DNA of 57,220 nucleotides, from positions 1 to 57,220 of the forward strand of contig JBAXKK010000004.1 in NCBI GenBank assembly GCA_037137395.1. Direction: 5' to 3'. The stretch comes from Elusimicrobiota bacterium. GTDB lineage: Bacteria > Elusimicrobiota > Elusimicrobia > Elusimicrobiales > UBA9959. This document shows, piece after piece, positions 28,983 to 38,477 of this stretch. Both the position numbers and the translations under genes were made by a program. Below the pieces are notes generated by a model. The model saw only the letters and a list, made by a program, of their open reading frames with translations. It made no database searches and had not been told where the DNA came from. Numbering within the stretch: the first letter of the stretch is position 1; the number at the start of each line of letters is the position of its first letter.

Positions 28983-30191
28983 ATGATGAAAATATTGATC
29001 GCTTTGATGATCATGGGGCAGGGGCTGGCGCTTCGGGCGGCTGAAATAGAATTTGCCGAGAGCGTACCGGCGGAAACAGTTTATGGTTCTACCCTCGCCG
29101 CGCGTCCGGCCCAGATGTGGGTGGACATGATAAACGGAGCCGTTAAAACCCTGGATTTTGAGGAATTCTATATCGCCGACAAGCCCGGCGAAGCGCTGGA
29201 ACCTGTCATGGCTGCGATCAAGGCGGCGGCCGCGCGCGGCGTCAAGGTGCGCTTTATAGTTGAAAAAGTGATGATGCGGGAGACTTCAAAAGCGCTGCCA
29301 GGCCTGACGGCTGAAAAAAACATAGAGGCCCGCGTAATTGATTTTAAAAAAGCCGCCGGCGGCATACAGCACGCCAAGTTCTTTATCGTGGACGGGCGGG
29401 AAGTTTATGTGGGCAGCCAGAATTTTGACTGGCGCTCTTTAAGCCAGATACACGAGCTGGGCGCCCGGGTGAAAAGCGAGCGCGCGGCGCGGGATTTCGG
29501 CCTTATTTTTGAGGGCGACTGGGCCATCGCCGGCGGCGCGGATCCCAAAAGTGTTTTTTTAGTAAAGACGGAACGACCGCTTAATTCAAAAAATCAGGAA
29601 GCCGCTTTTGTGCGCGGAGCCGAGGCAAAATATCGTCTGGCTTTCAGTCCGCCCGGTCTCATGCCCGGCGGTTTTGATGTTGAAATTAAAGAGATGTTGA
29701 AACTTATAAAAGGCGCTAAAAAAAACATTCACGCGCAGGTGATGACCTACTCGCTGTTCCCGTACGGCAAGAAGAGCCGCTGGGAAGAACTGGACCGCGC
29801 GTTTCGTGCCGCCGGCAAGCGGGGGGTTAAGGTTGAACTCATCTTCGCGGACTGGTCCATGGGCGGCAAGTCCGACGCGGATATCAAATCCCTTTCCCAG
29901 GCCAAAAATGTGAGCGTTAAGATCTCGTCGTTCCCGCCCTACAGCGGCGGTTTTATCCCGTTCGCGCGGGTGGACCACAGCAAGTACCTGGTGTTTGACG
30001 GCGAGAAAGCCATGTTGAGCACCTCCAACTGGTCTCCGGACTACTTTACTGATACACGGGGCGCGGCTCTCATAGTTGAAGGCGCGGCCGGCGCCTCCGT
30101 TCTTGAAGATATATTTCAGCGGTCCTGGACCGGCCCGTACGTGAGCCCGGTGGACCCGAACCTGGATTATAAGCCGGTCAAGAAGGGCTGA
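28983..30191 (+). CDS. Phospholipase D family protein, secreted
   Basis: Two HKD motifs: QHAKFFIVDG...GSQN and DHSKYLVFDG...STSN. Confidence 0.9.
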   Translation: MMKILIALMIMGQGLALRAAEIEFAESVPAETVYGSTLAARPAQMWVDMINGAVKTLDFEEFYIADKPGEALEPVMAAIKAAAARGVKVRFIVEKVMMRETSKALPGLTAEKNIEARVIDFKKAAGGIQHAKFFIVDGREVYVGSQNFDWRSLSQIHELGARVKSERAARDFGLIFEGDWAIAGGADPKSVFLVKTERPLNSKNQEAAFVRGAEAKYRLAFSPPGLMPGGFDVEIKEMLKLIKGAKKNIHAQVMTYSLFPYGKKSRWEELDRAFRAAGKRGVKVELIFADWSMGGKSDADIKSLSQAKNVSVKISSFPPYSGGFIPFARVDHSKYLVFDGEKAMLSTSNWSPDYFTDTRGAALIVEGAAGASVLEDIFQRSWTGPYVSPVDPNLDYKPVKKG

Positions 30192-30200
30192 ATCGTTTAA

Positions 30201-30448
30201 CCGGAAAGCTTTAGTTGGTCCGTCTCACCGGCGGCCTGCCCCACCGTGAAACTGGAGGGGCTTGTCCTCCGTAGCCGGGCGAAGGAGGAAAGCCGGTCGT
30301 CCTACCGGCGACTTGTCCCACCGTGAAAACTGGGGGGAAAGCCGGTATCCAGCATCAAGAATGCCTGGATTCCGGCTTGCGCCGGAAAGACGAAATAGAG
30401 AAATCTGGGCTACCCGACGAGTAAAACGCGTCAACTGCATTTTTCAAG
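30201..30448 (+). mobile_element. MITE-like element with TTAA duplication
   Basis: TTAA on both sides (30197-30200, 30449-30452), ends ccggaaagctttagttgg / tcaactgcatttttcaag, internal GC hairpins. Confidence 0.8.
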
Positions 30449-30460
30449 TTAACCAACTTT

Positions 30461-31456
30461 ATGTGTACGGATTTTTTAAATAAAGCCGCCGCCTGCGTGT
30501 CTAAAACAATCTTCCCTTGTTTCGTTCTTGTCCTTGCCGCCTGCGCGGGACGCCATGCGCGGCTGCTGCCCTCTTTTATCCCTACCGACAGGCCGGCCAT
30601 GGAGGAACTCACCGCCGAACTGCGCTTAAAGACTAATTCGCTGGGGCTTAACGGCCTGGCCGGTAAAGGCGGACAAATTTCCCGCGCGCTGGCGCTTTTG
30701 CCGCGCGACAGGGCGCGGGCCGGGGTCATAAATTTTGAAATAGAGGCCGGCGCCGACGCCGGGATATATCAGTGTGAAACACTTGGCCGGGGCGCGACAT
30801 CGGATACGCCCGTGGCAGGCTGGCCCTCCGGGCTTATAGACGGCGCTACGATCTATTACGCGCCGCAGGACGCGCCAGACGGCGCCACGGTCCCCGGCAT
30901 CTATGACGCCAGGAATATCACCCCGGACCGTTACGAGATAGCCGTTCTGGGCGGACCGGGCGAGCTTGTAGGTGAGGAAGAATTGCTTGCCGGGATAAAA
31001 AATCCGGACGGTAAGCCGAAGCCTTATTTTTCAGCCGTGTACAAACACTGGTATAACAAGGGCCTCGCGGCAGCGCCGGTCGATATGATGTGGAATCAGG
31101 CTTATAGCAGGCGCGGGCCGGGCGCAAATCCTGAATATTTTGAGCGGATACCCGCCGCAGCTTCGCCGGAGGCCCAGGCCAGGCAGGCGGCGCAGCTGGC
31201 GCATAATCCCCGCTATTATTACGGCCCGTACGGGCGGTCCGGGTTGGCCGTGCATACCGACAGGTGGGACGCGCCGGAGCGCCGGGCCGATCCGCGCTAC
31301 GCTGGCCGCCGCGAAATAAAGGATTTCCGCTTCCGCGATACGAGCGGTTGTCTCAAATTGCGCCCCGGCTGTCTGCTGAAGCTGAATAAATTTATATCCG
31401 AGCAGGAAAAGCTGGGCCGCCAGGTCCAGATAGAAGTGAAAGAAATCGAAAAATAA
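30461..31456 (+). CDS. Putative lipoprotein with L,D-transpeptidase (YkuD)-like C-terminal motif
   Basis: Lipobox-like VLAAC. GLAVHT...DTSGCLKL resembles H-xn-(S/T)xGC. Confidence 0.5.
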   Translation: MCTDFLNKAAACVSKTIFPCFVLVLAACAGRHARLLPSFIPTDRPAMEELTAELRLKTNSLGLNGLAGKGGQISRALALLPRDRARAGVINFEIEAGADAGIYQCETLGRGATSDTPVAGWPSGLIDGATIYYAPQDAPDGATVPGIYDARNITPDRYEIAVLGGPGELVGEEELLAGIKNPDGKPKPYFSAVYKHWYNKGLAAAPVDMMWNQAYSRRGPGANPEYFERIPAAASPEAQARQAAQLAHNPRYYYGPYGRSGLAVHTDRWDAPERRADPRYAGRREIKDFRFRDTSGCLKLRPGCLLKLNKFISEQEKLGRQVQIEVKEIEK

Positions 31457-31540
31457 CAAAACAACAACGGCTCTTGACCCCCACAACGGCACACCTGAAT
31501 GTCTTGGTATGCTTGATGATTAATTTGGCGCAGGCTGTCG

Positions 31541-31818
31541 GGGGACTGGAACGCAAAACCGTAGTCGGCCACACCGTGGCCGCTACTCCCGTCCTCGCCT
31601 TCGTCGCTGCGCAAGCCTCAGGCTCCGGAGGGTTTTGCTAACCCAGATCCCCCGGCATCCGCGCCGGCTCAATATGTAAGGCTTTGGCCTTGGAGTGGGG
31701 GGCGAGGGGTCCGGGTTAGCAAAACCGTACCGGAGCTCGACGCTTGCATAAGCGCGTCGAGCGAGGTCCGGAAGGGCGGGCACGGTGTGTCCCGACCCTG
31801 TTTTTGCGTTCCGGCCCC
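31541..31818. repeat. Long nested imperfect inverted repeat between convergent genes (MITE or structured RNA)
   Basis: Outer arms ggggactggaacgcaaaac / gtttttgcgttccggcccc, and perfect inner arms ggttttgctaaccc / gggttagcaaaacc. Confidence 0.65.
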
Positions 31819-31858
31819 TCGCGGGACCCACGAACCCGTAGGTCTGCCGCGACATATG

Positions 31859-33310
31859 TTAGTGTATGCCGTGCATCCATTTTTTGATTTTGGGGGTTAT
31901 TAGAAGCAGCAGAGTGGCCGCGCCTACGGCCGTGCCGGTGGGGATCATATAAAACAGCGTGTGGTTCATCGCGTCGTAGTTGCCGGCGAAGAAGCCGCCC
32001 ACAAATCCCGCGGCCACGCTGGAGAGGAACCAGACGCCCATCATCAGAGAACCGAACTGCACCGGCGCGAGCTTGGTTACAAGCGAAAGGCCGACGGGGG
32101 ACAGGCAGAGCTCGCCGAGCGTGTGAAAAAAGTAAGCGCCTATCAGCCACATAACGCTGACCGGACCCGACTGCTGGTAGGCGGCGGCCGCGGCTATCAT
32201 CACCACAAAACCTATGGCAAGCAGGCCCAGAGCGATCACAAATTTTATGGGGCTTGAGGGCTCTTTATTTCTCTCGCCCAGGCTCACCCACATCTTTGAG
32301 AAGAACGGCGCGAGCAGGATTATAAACAGCGGGTTTATGGACTGGAACAGGCTGGCCGGCACCTGAAAAGACCAGCCGAACAGACTGAGCGCCCTGTTAG
32401 TTTCCCTGTCGGCGAACAGCGTCAGCGAACTGCCCGCCTGTTCGAAGGCGGACCAGAAGAATATTGAGAAGAACACCATCAAAAAGATAACCGCCAGCCG
32501 CTGCTTTTCAACATGGGTGAGTGTGGACTTGCCGGATTTTGAGGCGTAAGCGTAGGTCAGGCCTATCAGGACAAGCGTCGCCAGCATGCCGTAAACCCAG
32601 CCGGGGATAAGGCCTTTTATATCGTAGCCGCTAAACTGGAAAGCGCTGGCAATCAGGAAAACAATCAGCACGGCCAGCATACCGGCCGGCGCGTACCAGC
32701 TGGTGAGCGGCTTGATGGGTTTCATGCATTTATCGCCGAGCAGGGCCTTCTGCCCCCACAGGTACATCACCAGCCCCAGCACCATGCCGACCCCGGCCGC
32801 GCCGAAGCCGTAATGCCAGCCTATCTTTTCGCCCAGAATGCCGCAGACTATAGGCGAGAACAGCGCTCCGACATTAATGCCCATGTAAAAAATAGTGAAA
32901 CCGCCATCGCGCCGCGGGTCGTTTTCCTCGTATAGGGCGCCCACTACGGTGGAAATATTTGGCTTAAAGAAGCCGTTGCCCAGGATAAGCAATATCATGG
33001 CGCCGAAGAAGAAGGGCAGCGGTGGCAAGGCCATGGCGAAATGGCCCAGTGCCATAAGTATGCCGCCTATTACGATGCATTTTCTCTGGCCCAGGTAGCG
33101 GTCGGCTATATAGCCGCCCAGCAGCGGCGTAAGGTAGACCATGCCGGTGTACCAGCCGTAGATCTGGCTGGATTTTTCGGTTGAGAACATCAGGTACTTA
33201 ACCATGTAAAGCACAAGCAGCGCCCTCATACCGTAATACGAGAAGCGCTCCCACATTTCAACAAAGAATAAAAGAAAAAGACCCTTCGGCTGGTTATGGT
33301 GTATGCTCAT
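31859..33310 (-). CDS. POT/PTR family di-/tripeptide:H+ symporter (MFS)
   Basis: EMWERFSYYGMR (ExxERFxYY), GGYIADRYLG, GFFKPNIS, FYMGINVG, GELCLSPVGLS. Start set at MSIHHNQPKG. Confidence 0.93.
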   Translation of the reverse strand: MSIHHNQPKGLFLLFFVEMWERFSYYGMRALLVLYMVKYLMFSTEKSSQIYGWYTGMVYLTPLLGGYIADRYLGQRKCIVIGGILMALGHFAMALPPLPFFFGAMILLILGNGFFKPNISTVVGALYEENDPRRDGGFTIFYMGINVGALFSPIVCGILGEKIGWHYGFGAAGVGMVLGLVMYLWGQKALLGDKCMKPIKPLTSWYAPAGMLAVLIVFLIASAFQFSGYDIKGLIPGWVYGMLATLVLIGLTYAYASKSGKSTLTHVEKQRLAVIFLMVFFSIFFWSAFEQAGSSLTLFADRETNRALSLFGWSFQVPASLFQSINPLFIILLAPFFSKMWVSLGERNKEPSSPIKFVIALGLLAIGFVVMIAAAAAYQQSGPVSVMWLIGAYFFHTLGELCLSPVGLSLVTKLAPVQFGSLMMGVWFLSSVAAGFVGGFFAGNYDAMNHTLFYMIPTGTAVGAATLLLLITPKIKKWMHGIH

Positions 33311-33395
33311 ATTTAAACAATATCGCGCCTGGTTTATTGCCCAAAAGCTCCCGTAAGACCAAGTCGTCTTTCCGGTGATTTGGACTGTCCGCGGA

Positions 33396-33546
33396 ATTCC
33401 CAGCGTGCTGTCTCCCCGGCGAAAGCCGGGGTCCAGGTATTCTTGATGCTGGATACCGGCTTTCCCCCCAGTTTTCACGGTGGGACAAGTCGCCGGTAGG
33501 ACGACCGGCTTTCGCCGGTGAGACGGACTAGTGTAGCGCCATTCTA
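33396..33546 (-). repeat. Hairpin-rich repeat sharing its core with the 4335/30201 MITEs but with different ends
   Basis: Core gtccgtctcaccggcg...gccggtcgtcctaccggcg...ggtatccagcatcaagaatacctgga. Inverted relative to the 36565-36690 copy. Confidence 0.8.
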
Positions 33547-33620
33547 TACTATCGCCGGAATCGTAAAGCGTTAATCGTGAATAGTAAGCAATCTGCCCTT
33601 TTCATAGATGAACTTTTGGT

Positions 33621-34589
<969 letters not shown>

Positions 34590-34765
34590 ATATACCTGGT
34601 GACTTTTCAGCATTCATCCCGGCGGGTTCACGTATCCCACCGGCAAAAATCCATTATACAATTTTATATGAAAACCCAAAAACTCCGGGGTTTCTCCCGT
34701 ATAAATTTCAGACAATTTATGTAAAATCAACATGCAAAGGTTAAAATGCATAATGCGGCGGATTT

Positions 34766-34910
34766 GGGAGTTCCGAGTTCCGGGAGTTCTGGGGAGTTCT
34801 GGGGACAGGGGGAGTTCTGGGGACAGTATATTTAATTCAACACAGGGAGTTCCGGGGAGTTCCGGGGACAGTATATTTCCGGGGAGTTCCGGGGACAGTA
34901 TATTTAATTC
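34766..34910. repeat. REP-A tandem cluster downstream of the RAYT
   Basis: Multiple ggggagttc(c/t)ggggacagtatattt(aattc) units. The last unit overlaps the RAYT stop codon. Confidence 0.9.
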
Positions 34911-35566
34911 AACACAGGTTTAGGACCTGGCTTGTTCCTATGTAAAACCCGGCCAAATTCCGCCTCAAGTTTTTTAACAAAATCGTCACTGCCTAATGGC
35001 CGGCCGGTAGAGCTATGTTCCCGCAACTCCTCTGCTTCCGCTGGACTTAAAGGCTCCGCCAGGAATTTTCCCCAGTCGCCGACAATCTCATCAAGTACAG
35101 AATTTTCAACGAGATTATCTGCAGAGCCATACAGGTGACGCCTTGCGCTGCTCCATAAATAATCGCCGGCCGACGGAACAATCGCAGCAGTGACGGGATT
35201 GCGCTCAATATATTTGGCCGACGCAATAAGATGCAGTTCCTGCATAGGGAACGAGGCAAAACGCTCCTGCCATAAGTGCCCGCGCCAACCATTGCGGAAA
35301 TTTATATGTCTCGTGTAGCGGCGGTGTGCCTCGCCTATTGCCAGGCGGAGTCCAGCCTCATCTGACGGCACGGCGATCAGGTGTATGTGGTTCGGCATAA
35401 GGCAATACGACCATATCACTACAGAGAACTTCCGGCACCATTCACTCATCAGAGTTAAATACAACCGATAATCTTCTTCGCAGAAAAATGTCTGCTGCCG
35501 CCTGTTTCCCCGCTGTGTCACATGATGTGGATATCCCGGCACAACAACTCTTGCGATTCTGGCCAT
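34904..35566 (-). CDS. REP-associated tyrosine transposase (RAYT, IS200-like HUH/Y1)
   Basis: HHVTQRGNRRQQTF, CLMPNHIHL (HUH), GHLWQERF, YIERNP (catalytic Tyr). Flanked by REP-A on both sides. Confidence 0.9.
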   Translation of the reverse strand: MARIARVVVPGYPHHVTQRGNRRQQTFFCEEDYRLYLTLMSEWCRKFSVVIWSYCLMPNHIHLIAVPSDEAGLRLAIGEAHRRYTRHINFRNGWRGHLWQERFASFPMQELHLIASAKYIERNPVTAAIVPSAGDYLWSSARRHLYGSADNLVENSVLDEIVGDWGKFLAEPLSPAEAEELREHSSTGRPLGSDDFVKKLEAEFGRVLHRNKPGPKPVLN

Positions 35567-35668
35567 ATTGCCCCCTTTAAAAAATGGTTATCCCGCCATA
35601 ATGTTATAACGTACCACCCCGACACCGTCATGTCGGGGTAATTTTGTTGTTTTTAATAAATTAAAGGT

Positions 35669-35919
35669 AGTTCCGGGGACAGTATATTTAATTCAACACC
35701 GGCTTGTTTTTATGTAAAACCCAGCCAAACTCAGCCTGATTATCAGGGGAATTCGGTTATTTTTAGGAAATTGATACGCTGCTATCGCAGGAAAAAGGCT
35801 AATAGTTTTTGAATTAAATATACTGTCCCCGGAACTCCCCGGAATACCCCGGAATACCCCCGGAATACCGGAATACACAAGGCTGATGGTTTTTGAATTA
35901 AATATACTGTCCCCGGAAT
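35669..35919. repeat. REP-A copies (35669-35694 forward; 35811-35876 and 35895-35919 reverse) enclosing a RAYT 3'-tail remnant
   Basis: Direct sequence match to the 34886-34966 region. Confidence 0.8.
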
Positions 35920-35923
35920 AGAA

Positions 35924-36433
35924 CATGTAAAAAGGGTCAAGCCACACGGAATGTCTGGGCATTTCATCCGGTTCGCCCTTGCCTTTTTCGGAGCCTATCT
36001 TGTATTCGCCGCCCTGGACTTTTACCATGCCGTCGGTCAGCCTGAGCATGTTTTTCCGCGTGATATTCTCAAAATAGCCGCGCGCGGAATTAAGGCAGAC
36101 GCCGCAGGCAGGGTCGGCCGTGTTGCCGCGAATATAGTTCAGAAGTTTTGAGTCCGCGGCGGCGTTCTTCTGGCGCTGGGCTGCCAGCGGCGCGGCGGAA
36201 AATAAGACCAGAGCCGACTGTAAAATTAACCTGAAAACTTCAGTTGAAGTTTTCCGCCCGTATAACGGGCGCCCTTCGGGAGGAATACACCCCGTCGGGC
36301 CTGTCGCGCATAGCGCTTGGCCCTCCGCCCGCTTCGCGGGGAATCCTGCAGAATAATTTTGTTCCACTGATTTATCTAGGGGAATCATTCTGAACTGCAG
36401 GATTCGGGTTAAACCTGTAATTTTTGTTTTCAT
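35924..36433 (-). pseudogene. 3'-truncated diverged second copy of the FGE-domain gene, with MITE insertion
   Basis: Colinear with about 34263-34589 apart from a 183-nt insert. Homology ends at LDPFYM, abutting REP-A. Upstream non-coding DNA is also duplicated to about 36524. Confidence 0.85.
36230..36408. mobile_element. 179-bp MITE with TTAA target-site duplication
   Basis: Empty site aaaattaaacctg in the intact paralog near 34561, versus ttaa[cctgaaaacttcagttg...tgaactgcaggattcggg]ttaa here. Confidence 0.9.
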
Positions 36434-36534
36434 ATATACCTGGTGACTTTTCAGCATTCATCCCGGCGGGTTCACGTATCCCACCGGCAAAAATCCATTA
36501 TACAATTTTATATGAAAACCCAAAACTATGATGC

Positions 36535-36720
36535 CGGGAGTTCCGGGAGTTCCGGGGACAGTATGGAATGGCGCTACACTAGTCCGTCTCACCGGCGAAG
36601 GCCGGTCGTCCTACCGGCGAAAGCCGGTATCCAGCATCAAGAATACCTGGACCCCGGCTTCCGCCGGGGGGACGGCATGCGGTTGAATTCCTAATTCCGG
36701 GGACAGCTGGCCCCGGAATA
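36535..36720 (+). repeat. Composite repeat: REP-A, hairpin core repeat (36565-36690), partial REP-A
   Basis: gggagttccgggagttccggggacagtat fused to gaatggcgctacactagtccgtctcacc..., then ttccggggacag. Confidence 0.75.
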
Positions 36721-37142
36721 GAAAACCGGAATAGGGGAAAAACGGGATGTATCCTTTGTTACAGTTGATTTGGGGGTAAGCGGGGAGGCATAGTTTCATT
36801 GGGGGAAACCGGGAGGCTGAGGGCCTTTAATAAAAAGTTCATAATTTCTTCAGGATTTATCAACAGGGGTCTACTAGAATATCTTGTATGGTAAGTTAGA
36901 GAGATGTCTTTACGCGGCGGTGGGTGTGTGAAATAAATAGCGCGCCACTTGGTTGAATTTAAGAGGTGAGAAATATTACTTGCTTGCGATTATGGATTTC
37001 TGCTATATATATTAATAGGTATATCCATATGTGGATTTGACAGGTACTGTTATGTCCGGTAACAACAGTATCCGGTAACCGGTAACAACGGGAAGCGGTG
37101 GCCGGTAAGCAGTCAGGGATTAAGCGGCGACGAGAGGGTGAT

Positions 37143-37571
37143 ATGGTTTTGGATTTGAGTAGTTTGGAAAAAGCGGTTAATTCTCTGGAGCGGGCGCTTA
37201 AAGTCGCTTCCGCGGAGATCAAGGGGAAAGTGAACACGGACAGCGGTGAAGTTCTCCGCGCGGGAGTGATACAAAATTTTGAGTTTACCTATGAGTTGTG
37301 CTGGAAGTTCATCCAACGCTGGCTGGGTGAAAACCAGAATCCGGAAGAGGCGGCCAGCCCTATTACGCGCAAGGAGCTTTTTCGCATGGCGGCCCGGAGC
37401 GGTCTGATACAGGACCCTGAAAATTGGTTCGTTTACAGCGCGGCCAGGAATGTTACCGCCCACACTTACGACGCGAAGACGGCTGAAATGGTGTACGCGC
37501 AGGCCCGCCCTCTGCTGGGTGACGCAAAATATCTGCTTGAGAGGTTGGGCGGGAGTAATGATAGACCTTGA
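37143..37571 (+). CDS. HI0074-family nucleotidyltransferase substrate-binding (HEPN) protein, putative toxin
   Basis: GVIQNFEFTYELCWK and ARNVTAHTY (Rx4H). Confidence 0.88.
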   Translation: MVLDLSSLEKAVNSLERALKVASAEIKGKVNTDSGEVLRAGVIQNFEFTYELCWKFIQRWLGENQNPEEAASPITRKELFRMAARSGLIQDPENWFVYSAARNVTAHTYDAKTAEMVYAQARPLLGDAKYLLERLGGSNDRP

Positions 37572-37875
37572 GAAAAAACATTTGGACATGGTTGTGGGCA
37601 TTTTGGCCGCGCGTGTCCCCGAATGCGAGGTTTGGGCTTTCGGTTCCAGAGTGCGGGCGCAGGGTAAGGCAAAAAAATATTCGGATCTGGACCTGGCTGT
37701 AAAGGCGCGCGAGAAGCTGGACTGGAAGAGATTGGAGGAATTGAAGCTGGCCATGTCGGAATCCGATTTGCCGATCACTACGGACATACTGGACTATAAC
37801 GCGATTTCGGACAGTTTCAGGGAAATTATCAGAGAGCACCACGAGGTTGTGCAGGTCGGGAGTAGTTACAAGTAG
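37558..37875 (+). CDS. Minimal nucleotidyltransferase (MNT), putative antitoxin
   Basis: FGSRV...YSDLDLAV, ESDLPITTDILD. Overlaps the HEPN gene. Confidence 0.88.
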   Translation: MIDLEKKHLDMVVGILAARVPECEVWAFGSRVRAQGKAKKYSDLDLAVKAREKLDWKRLEELKLAMSESDLPITTDILDYNAISDSFREIIREHHEVVQVGSSYK

Positions 37876-37968
37876 TAAGGATTAAGTGGTAAGTAGTAAG
37901 ACCTAAAACTTACAACTTAATCCTTATACTGGTTCATCCAGAAAGGCTGGGGCAGCCGGGACTGAAGA

Positions 37969-38175
37969 ATGAAAGTTATCAGGGAACACGCTTGTTTAAA
38001 AAAAATGGCCGAAGATGATGATGGCTATGTAAATATTCCGGTCTCGGCTTCGGTCGGTTTTATGTGGGAATTAACAGAGGAATTGTGGTCTTTGCAAGGG
38101 AAAGAGTATGTTGAACGAAGATTACAAAGAAATGTTGCAAACATTGTTAGAAAAAGCAGAAGGATTAAGTTGTAA
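37969..38175 (+). CDS. Small hypothetical protein, paralog of 41014-41202
   Basis: Highly similar to MKVIREHACLKKM...RRLQRNVANIV. Confidence 0.55.
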   Translation: MKVIREHACLKKMAEDDDGYVNIPVSASVGFMWELTEELWSLQGKEYVERRLQRNVANIVRKSRRIKL

Positions 38176-38214
38176 GTGATAGGTTTTAGGTCCGGCGGGC
38201 AAACGGGAAAAGCA

Positions 38215-38475
38215 ATGCCGAAAATATCGGAATTTTTTGGGATTTCAATATATGTTTATTACCGCGAACATCAGCCGCCGCATTTTCACGCTTTATATGC
38301 CGGTGAAGAAATTTTGGTTTCAGTTAAAGAGTTGTCCGTAATGGGCGGCGCTATTCATCCGCGTGCGATCGGCATGGTTATTGAGTGGGCGGCGCTGCAT
38401 CAAAAGGAGTTGTTGCGTGTTTGGGAGCAAGCAGTTAAACAGGAGCCGTTAAGCGCGATAGAGCCGTTGGAATAA
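38215..38475 (+). CDS. DUF4160 family protein (putative toxin)
   Basis: MPKISEFFGISIYVYYREHQPPHFHA...VIEWAALHQKEL...W. Confidence 0.85.
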   Translation: MPKISEFFGISIYVYYREHQPPHFHALYAGEEILVSVKELSVMGGAIHPRAIGMVIEWAALHQKELLRVWEQAVKQEPLSAIEPLE

Positions 38476-38477
38476 TT

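Noticed and set aside
31760..31785. aggtccggaagg resembling the SRP RNA domain IV loop
   Set aside because: It lacks the flanking TCAGG...AAGCAGC context and sits in an arm of a longer inverted repeat.
33311..33478. N-terminal extension of the POT transporter in the ORF track
   Set aside because: It is translated from repeat DNA. Family homology starts at MSIHHNQPKG (33310).
34766..34910. REP-A tandem cluster as a CRISPR array
   Set aside because: No unique constant-length spacers and no cas genes. The repeats are dispersed, occur in both orientations and flank a RAYT.
35693..36457. 254-aa ORF as a functional gene
   Set aside because: It is a chimera of a truncated FGE paralog, an in-frame MITE and REP-derived sequence (SGDSIFNS).
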